IMG/VR virus record: IMGVR_UViG_3300035338_000024
Coordinates: 1 to 62,279 of that record
Length of the DNA stretch: 62,279 bases
Direction: 5' to 3' (one strand)
DNA from: a virus
Taxonomy: Duplodnaviria; Caudoviricetes
Position numbers and translations under genes: made by a program. Below are positions 48,001 through 57,000 of this stretch, piece by piece. Positions within the stretch are counted from its first letter, which is position 1. Every line of letters starts with the position of its first letter. Below the pieces are notes generated by a model. It made no database searches. It saw nothing but the letters and a program-made list of their open reading frames with translations, and was not told where the DNA came from.

Positions 48001-51000
48001 GAGGGCCGCCCCCTGACCATCATCGCCGGCCACGGGCCGGATGGTTGGGACATCTACAAGATCATCGACAAGGACCCCTTCGGCGTCACCCTTCAGGACG
48101 GGACCACTGTTGAGCTCGCCCCCTTCGACCGGGTGGACGTGCTGAAATCCGACCTTGAGGGGGAAACCAAACCCAAGATGGAAAATGGGCCCGGGGAGGC
48201 CCCGGCAGAAACCAACGCGGAAGCCCCCGCGCCGGAAGCGCCCGAAGCGCCAGAGCCGGCGGCCGCCCCCGAGCCCGGCAAGCCCACTCTCGACCTGAAG
48301 CAGGAAACTCACGGCCAGCAGCGGCCGAAGCCCCTACACGATTCGAGGCCCATCAAGTCCGGCCACAGAGGTGGGAAGCTGGGCCCCGACGATTACTTTT
48401 CGACGCCCAGCAGCCGCGACGAGGCCCAGCCCGGCCTGGGGTTCCAGAACCCCCGGCAGCCGGACCTGTTTGCCGGCGGGGAGCGGAAACCCGAGGCCAC
48501 TCCGGAGAAGATCCCTGGAACCAAAGCGGTGGCCCAACGCATGCTCGCCGGGGAGGAACGTTTCATCGAAAGCGTGATGGAACAGTTCGGAAAGACCCGG
48601 GAGGAAGCCGAGCGGGTGCTGGCGCGCTTCAAGGAGACCAAGCTCGTCCACATCGACTCAGTGACGGGGCAGTACCAGTTGAAAACCGGCGCTTCCTGGG
48701 AGCAAGACGTGATCGACCGGGCGGCCGCCGAGCCCAAGAAGCCGCGGCACCTGCCAGCCCCCGCGCCGGTGGAGATCAAGGGCGGACTGGGGGATCCCGC
48801 CGCCTTCTTCGGCCTGAGTCCGAAACAGCGGATTCGGGCGCTGCTGAAGCTCTTCGGCGACGTGGTGCGCAGCCGGGGCGAGCGGCTCAACAAAGTGGGC
48901 CTGCAGCAGGTGGTGGCGCGCGCCCTGGGAGTCGAGCGGGGCCCCCTGCTGGCCGATTCCCGGTACAACCAGAAATTCGTGGAGGAGGTCTTCGAGGGGG
49001 CCATTGCCGCTGAGGCCCGGCGCGTGATCGACGCCGCCCGGGCCGAGGGGTTCACCGTGGCCGAAACCTTCGCGGAGCTCCAGCGGCTCTACGAGTGGCA
49101 GCCGAACCTCGCCACCCGGACCTCCACCAGCACCATCAACCAGGCCTATTCCACGCCCGTCCACCTCGGCTACCTGCTCCAGGAGCTGGCGGGCGTCACC
49201 CGAGACGCGACGGTGTACGAGCCCGCCGCGGGCACCGGGATGCTGCTCACGGCGGCCTCCCAGCACAAGGCCCACGCGAACGAGATCAACCTCCTGCGCT
49301 CCGAGATCCTGCGGGCCATGGGTTTCACTGCCTCCCAGGAGGACGGCGCCACCTTAAACGCCGGCCGCCACGACCCCAACGAGCGGGACGCCGACGCCGT
49401 GGTGGCCAACCCGCCTTTCGGCGCCATTCCCACCGTAAAGGTCGATGGATACAATGTCTCCCAGATCGACCACCGGATTATGGCCGACGCCCTGCGAGCC
49501 ATGAAGGACGATGGACGCGCGGCCTTCATCATTGGCGGCCACAACCTGGGCAGCAACGGGCAGATCAGGCACGCCCCGTTCTTCAACTGGCTCCACCACT
49601 TCTACAACGTCACCCACAACGTGGAGGTGGACGGCCAGCTTTACAGCCGCCAGGGGACCAAGTACGATTTCCGCATCATCGTGATTGACGGCCGCAAGGC
49701 CGAACCCGGGGGCGCAGCACCGGACAGCGGTTTCCTGTCGGCTTCGACCCCCGATGAACTGTTGAACCTCTTTGGAGGGCTGGCCGATGCAACCGTGGCT
49801 TCCCGAGGAGTTGAAGCCCTATCCCGCGGCGAGGCGCCTGCTGGCGGTGTGGGTGGGGGAGAAACCGCCGACCGGGGCAACCTACCCGATGGCCCTCCGA
49901 ACCAGGGTGCGCCGGATGATCGAGGACCTGGGGGTGCCCAGGGCCCGCGCGGTGGTGGAGCAGTTCCTGGACAGGCCGGTGGAAGGGGAGACGCCCGAGG
50001 AGCTGCTGGCAGAGCTTCAGACCAGCGCCCGGTGGATGCACCCGGGCCAGGCCCTGACACACTACCTCCGCGGGGAGACGACGCTGGAGAACGTCCTGGA
50101 CAACCTGCAGGCGAGGGAGCCGGACCTCGAAGCGCCGACACCCGAGCAGATGAAAAAGGAAATGGAGGCCGTGAGCCTGGAGGAGTTCCTGCTGGAGAGC
50201 GAGGGCCGGATGCTTTAGGCGGCATCCTCGATCAGATCCGCCGCGAGGGCGCCCGGCAGCGCGAGAAGGAGGCCGCGGAGAAGGCCGCCGCCGACGCCGC
50301 AAAGGCCCAGGCCGATTTCGACCGGCTGGCCAACAACCTCAACGATCTTCTGGACGACCCCAATTTTTCCCGCCGGCCCGCAGAGGCCATTGCCGACGAC
50401 GACCCCCGCTGGTTGAAGGTCCGCGAGATCCTGCGGCAAATGTGGGAGGCCACCGCCAAGCTCGCCGCCACCGTGGCCGAGCGGGCGAGCCTCTTCATCA
50501 CCCAGACCTACGCCAAACTGAAGGCCGCCGCCGAGCCCTACCTTCTGAAGTTCGCCCAGGCCGACATCGCCGCCGCCCTCGAGGCCGAGAAGCAGCAGCA
50601 GGAGCGCAAGGACGAGGTCCCCGGGGGGGCCGACGCCTACCAGGCCCCCTACGTTCCGCGCAGCAAGGGCCCGGTGGTGGACGAAACACTGGTGCCACGC
50701 AAGATGGCCCAGGACACCCAGGCAGCCCTGGAAGCCCTGGAGGCACGGGTGGGGGACATCGATCGGTACGTCGCCAGCCGCCTCGACTACAAGAGCACCA
50801 AGGCGCTTTGGGACGCTCTGTCGGCCGACCAGGTGGACGCCGTGGCACTCGCCATCGACAACATCGAGCGCGGCTACGGCATGATCATCGGGGACCAGAC
50901 CGGGGTAGGCAAGGGCCGGGTGGCCGCGAGCCTCTACCGCTACGCCCGCCTGCAGGGGCTCAAGCCCATCTTCTTCACGGAAAAGCCGAACCTCTTTTCG

Positions 51001-54000
51001 GACTTCTACCGGGACATCCGCGACATCGGGCAGAAGGTCTTCAAGCCCTTCCTCATGGCCTCCAACCGCGACCTGGCCAACATCGTGGACGAGGACGGCG
51101 AGGTGGTCATCCCCACCCCGGGCCTCCGGGAGCGCGCCGGGCTGCTCAAGGCCGGCGACGACGCGGCCGTCGCCCGGGCCATGAGCCCCCATGACGGGAT
51201 CCTCTCCACTTACTCCCAGGTGCGGCAGCCCAACGACGCCCAGACCGTGCTGATCCTGCTCGCCCGGGACAACATCATGATCCTGGACGAGTCCCACAAC
51301 GCTTCGGGGGAATCGGCCACGGGGGAGTTCGTCCGCGGCGCCCTGGCCGAAGTGCGCGGGGTGGCCTACCTCTCGGCCACCTTCGCCAAGCGCCCCGACA
51401 CCATGCCGGTCTACTTCCGCACCGCCATCGGCACGAGCAACATGCAGATGGAGCAGCTGATCGACGCCATCAGCGCCGGCGGGACCCCGCTACAGGAGTG
51501 GGTGAGCGCGGCCTTGGCCAAGATGGGGCAGTACATCCGGCGGGAGAAGAGCTTCAAGGGCATCGAGATTCGGAGCCACTTCGACACCGCGAACCGGGAG
51601 CGGGACGCCCGCCGGGCCGACGAGGCGACCGCCATCCTGCGCGAGATCCTTGAAGTGGACCGCCTGGTGGCCGACTCCCTTGCAGACGCGATCCGGACCA
51701 TCAAGAACGCCAAGCCCAAGGACCTCCGGAAGGCCAAAAAGGTCGTTATCGGCGGGGTGGAGTTTGACCCCATCGGGATTCGGCCGGGCTCCAAGCGGCC
51801 GGTGCGGGCATCGGTCAACACGGCCAACTTCGCCAGCACCGTTCATAACAAGATCCGGCAGCTGCTGCTCGCCATGAAGGCCGACGCCGCGGTGGAGGCG
51901 GCCATCGAGGAGTTGAAGGCCGGCCGCAAGCCCATCATCGCCGTGGCCAACACCATGGAGTCCTTCGTCACCGATCTGGTGAACCAGGGGATGATGAGGG
52001 TGGGGGACCGCTTCGACCTGAACTTCGGCAACATCCTGGAGCGCGCCCTGCGGCGCACCCTGCGGGTAAGCATCACCACGCCCCAGGGGGAGGAGATTCA
52101 GGTTGACCTGGACCCCGCGGAGTTGGGGGAGAAGCTCGAAGAGGCCTTCGACACGGCCCTGGAAATGATTCGGAACTCAAGACTCGACGTTCCGGGCAGC
52201 CCCATCGACCACATCCGGCGAAAGCTGAAGGAGGCCGGCTACTCGTCGGAGGAAATCACTGGCCGGGGCTACGTGGCCGACATCGAAAACCCGGTGCCCA
52301 CCCTGCGGCTGCGAACCGGGAAGGAGCGCAGCGACCGGAAGGGCATCATCCACCGGTTCAATTCCGGCGCGCTCGACGTGGTGATCATCAATTCGGCGGG
52401 CTCCACCGGGATCAGCATGCACGCTTCCCCGAAGTTCACCGACCAGCGGCCCCGAGTCTACATCGGGGTGCAGGCTGAGCTCAACGTGGACACCGAAGTG
52501 CAGAAGATGGGCCGCATTAACCGGAAGGGGCAGACCGCGCTTCCCTCATACCGGCTCCTGTTCCTGGACCTTCCCACCGAGATCCGGCCGGCGGCGGTGC
52601 TCTCCCGCAAGCTGAAAAGCCTTTCGGCCAACACCAGCGCGAACGCCGACAGCCCTGTCTCCCAAAAGGAGCTGCCGGATATGCTCAACCGCTACGGCGA
52701 CCTGGCGGCCGCCGAGTGGGTGCGGCAACACGGGATCCAGCTGCCCAGCGGCGAGTGGCAGGTTCCCGGGATGAAGGGGATCCGGCTGAACCCCGACGGC
52801 GGCATCGTGCAGATTTCCGGGCGGGTGGGGGTGCAGTCCATCGCCATGCAGGAACAGTTCTGGGAGTGGGTGGAGGGCGCCTACAAGGACACCATCGAGT
52901 GGATGAAGGAGATCGGCACCTTCGACCTCGAGGTTGGGGAGTACGACTTCAAGGCGAAGACCCTCAGCCGCACCACCCTGAACGCCGGCCGCGCGCGGGG
53001 CCCGAACAACGTCTTCACCCTTCCGACCACCCTGGAACAGGTGGAGGTGGTGAGCCCCACCAAGCCCTATAAAATCGCCCGCATCCAGGAAATGGTGGAC
53101 GAGGAGCTGGCCGGCAAGAGCCCCCAGGAATACAGCCGCGGCCTGATTGACAGGCTTCGCAAGGAGCTGGCCGAGTACCTGGGGACCGAGATCGCCAGGA
53201 TAAATTCCGAGTTCAGCCAGGAGCCGGGGGAGGACGGGGTTTCGCCGGCCGCCTCTCAGATTGCCCGGCTGCGCGGCCGCACCGACGAGCAGTTCCAGAA
53301 GATCGAGCGGATGCTCTCCCGCCGCTTCCTGGGGAAGCCCTACATCGTGAGCGGGGTTGAGGGCGCGCCCGACATGCACGCGGTGCTGGTCAAGGTGCGC
53401 TTGGCCAAGGCCGCGGGCTCCCCGGTGGCCCCGGGCCGAGTCCGGCTGGTCTTCGCCGTCAACAGCCCCATGCGCACCCTTTCCCTGCCCATTTCCAAGA
53501 TCGACGCGGCCAATCTCTTCGTGCTGGATACCAGCGAAGCCGTGCTTCGCAGCTGGGACAGCGCCGCGGCTCTCCATGCCACCGAGCGCCGCCACATCCT
53601 GACTGGCAACCTCCTGGACGCTTATTCCCACGTTCGCAGCCAGGCCCGCCTGGTGCGCTTCACCCGGGAGGACGGGAGCTGGGACATGGGCGTCCTCGCG
53701 CCCCGCAACTTCAAGGCCGACAAGGTGGACACCCGGGTGGCCCTTGACCCCGAAATGGCGGTCAGGGCCGCCCTCCTGGGCATGCGTATTTCCTCCGGGT
53801 CGGTGGAGGTGATGCGGGACGCCGACGATTTGCTGGTGACCGTCCCCAAGAGCAAGAGCCTGGGGGCACGGTTCTACCAGGACCAGGACCTGCTGGCCCT
53901 GGCCGAGGGGGGCGAGTTCCAGAGCAGCGCCAACTACATGAGCGCGGCTTTCCCCGCGAAAAACACCCGCCGGGTGGTGGAGCGGATCATCGCCCTGGGT

Positions 54001-57000
54001 GAGGTCTTCAAGGTGAGCCAGGCCGATTTCAAGGTCCTTTCCAGCCATGCCGCCGACACCACCCTCCGCGAGCCCGAGGCAACCTACCTGGCCGAGCCGA
54101 AGTCCATCGGCATGCGCCCCATGGTGCAGGCGTCTCTCGACTTCTCGGGAAAGGCCAAGGATGGGGAGCCTAAGGCACCCACATTCAAGCGCCCGACGCC
54201 CTTGGTGCGGATGGCCACCAGCGGAGACATTGCCGCCGCCGGTAACGTGATTTTTTCCGTAGACGACGCGGCGTCTCTTTTGGCCCACATCCGCAAAGAG
54301 GCCCAGGAACACATGATGGTGGTGGTGGTGGATTCACAGGGCCTCGTTCTGGAGGTCCAGCGGTACACCGTCGGGACTCACGGAAGCTCGCAGTTCAACC
54401 TGGCCGAGCTTACCGGGCGGGTGCTGAATATCCCCGGGGCGGCCAAGGCATACATCGCCCACAACCACCCGGGGGGTACGACGGGCCCGTCAAGCCACGA
54501 TATTGCCATGGCGAATCACGTCCGCGCCATTCTTGCCTTACGGGGCATAGACTTCGAAACGTTCGTGATCGCCGGGACCAATTACGAGTCTTTCTCAGAC
54601 GGCATCGTGACTTCGAACTCGCGATCGATTAGGCCCACCGTGCGCAGGGCGAGGGTCCCGATTGTGCGCCGGGTGCTTAAATCCACCGCCGACAGGGGTC
54701 CAGGAATTACTGGCCCGGATGAAATGGGCGCATGGATCCGAGCGGCCGGGGACCCCGAGGGGTTCATCCTGTTGGACAACTTGAACCGGCCCGTCGGCGT
54801 GGTGCCGAAGGCCAAGGGCATGCCTATTCGTGAATTTGCGGCCGAGGTGGTCGCCGGCCTGGAGGCGACCAACGCGAGCGGCATGGTCTACTCCAGCCGG
54901 TCGGAAATCAAGGCGGGGACCCCCGAGCTCGACGCGGTTCGAAGCATCCGGTCGATGATGCAGTACACCGCCAGAATGCTCGATGTTTACGAGCGCGGCG
55001 TGTCGGCCGCGTCCACGACGGGCCTGGACAGGTTTGACGATAAGATCGCCCATGTGGACATCGCCGCGCAGCGGGCCAACGACGAGCGCCCTCTCTTCCT
55101 CCTGGGTCGCCGCCCCAAGGCGAAACGCTTCGCCCGGCTGAACAAGGCCGAGGCTGAGAGCGCCGCCCGCAAGGTCATGGACGGCTGGAGGGCCGCCCCC
55201 GGGCTGGTGGTAGTGGCCCAGCAGAGCGAGCTTCCCGAGGGGATACTGGCCAAGTCGAAGGGCGACATCGTGGACGCGGCGTACTGGCGGGGGAAGGTCT
55301 ACGTCGTGGCCGAGAACGTCGAAAACCCGGCCCATCTGGCAACGGCCGTCCTCCACGAGGCTTTTGGCCACCACGGCCTGCGGATCGCCCTGCCGGCCCC
55401 TGAGATCATATCCCTGCTGGATGCCATCTACCGGGGGAATAGGGAAGCGGTTGGCCGGATCGGAAAGGACTACGGCTTCGACACCGCCACCCCGAAGGGC
55501 CAGCGCCTGGCCGCCGACGAGTGGTTCGCCCGCCAGGCCCAGGAGCTGGAGGGCTACAAGCTGTGGCTCAAGCGCGCCGCGGCTGCCGTGGCTCGTATGA
55601 TGCGCCGCCTGGGCTTCTCCATCAACGAGGACGACGCCCGCATCCGCCAGGCTCTGCTGGACGCTCGCAAGGCCGTGATCGAGGGCTCGGGCGCAGTGGC
55701 CAGCGGGTGGGGGGCGGCGCCGGCCTTTTCCGCCCGGGGGCGGGTCGCTGCCCAGGCCGAGGCCGGCCCCGATTGGAAGGGGGCCCTGCCGCCCGAAGTC
55801 GTCCAGCGCGAGGCCGCCGCCCGCGGAATCCCGAAGGCGGCTCTGCTGGACAATCTGAGGGACTGGGGCCGGGTGCTGGTCCACCAGGCCCACCACTTCC
55901 CGCATCTTCAGACCGTTAAAAACCGGGTTGAGCGGGCCCGGCTCAACGACATCCTTCGCAGGCACCAGGAAGTCCCATCGATCGCCAAGCAGCAGGCCCT
56001 GGAGATGATTTCCTCCTGGACCCGGGGCCTCTCCCAAAGCGAGTACGAGCTTTTCCGGGTGAGCGTGATCACCGCCGACCTGCTGCGCGACCTGGAAAGC
56101 GGGCTTTACTCCGCGGAGGACGGCGCCGAGAGGCCCCTGCCGTTCGGCTACGCGAACCACCAGGAGCTGCGTGACACCTTCCAGCGGCTGAAGGACCTGG
56201 CCGGCGACCACCCCAAGGTGGTCCGGGCCCTGGAGGCCCGTCAGGAATCCATCCGCGACATGACCCGCCGCCTGGTGGAGGCCAAGCAGATTAAGCGGGA
56301 GAACCTGGGAAATGGCGACTACTACCACCACCAGGTGATTCAATACTGGGCCATGGACCGGGGCATCCAGGTGGGCAGCAAGGACGTCCGCACCAAGTGG
56401 CGCCCCTGGAAGGCCGCCCGCACCGGCAGCCAGATGGACTACAACACCGAGTATGTCGAAGCGGAATTCATGGCCCTGGCCAGCCAGATCGCCCAGCTGG
56501 AGACCGTGGAAACCCTGCGCCATGTGAAGGCCGAAAGCGACATCTTCAAGGCGCTGGTGGGGGAGGCGAAGCAGCGCAACCTGGCCAACCTGTGGGCCAA
56601 GGCCCGCCGCGAGGGCTGGGTGGAGCACTACCCGCCCGGGCACGAGCGGGAGGGGGAGGAAATCGACATCCTGCTCCCCTGGAAGCAAAAGATTGCCATG
56701 GCCAGGGCCAAGCTGGCCAAAATGGCTGAGCGTGGGGAGCTGGACTTCGACAGCGAGTGGGACGATCTGGTTGACGAGCTCGCCCAGGACCCCGACATGG
56801 ACCACCCCCGGTGGTTCCAGTTCCTGAGCTACCTCATCGACAAGCAGAAGCCCGGGGCCAACTGGGCGGCCACCATTTTCAAGGCAATCCGCGAGCGCAA
56901 CCAGTTCATCGAGAGCACCCTGGGGGACGAGTTCCTGACCTGGCAGAAGGTCCTGGCCGAGCGCGAGGGCTACGTCGAGTGGAAGCCGGATCCCGGGAAG

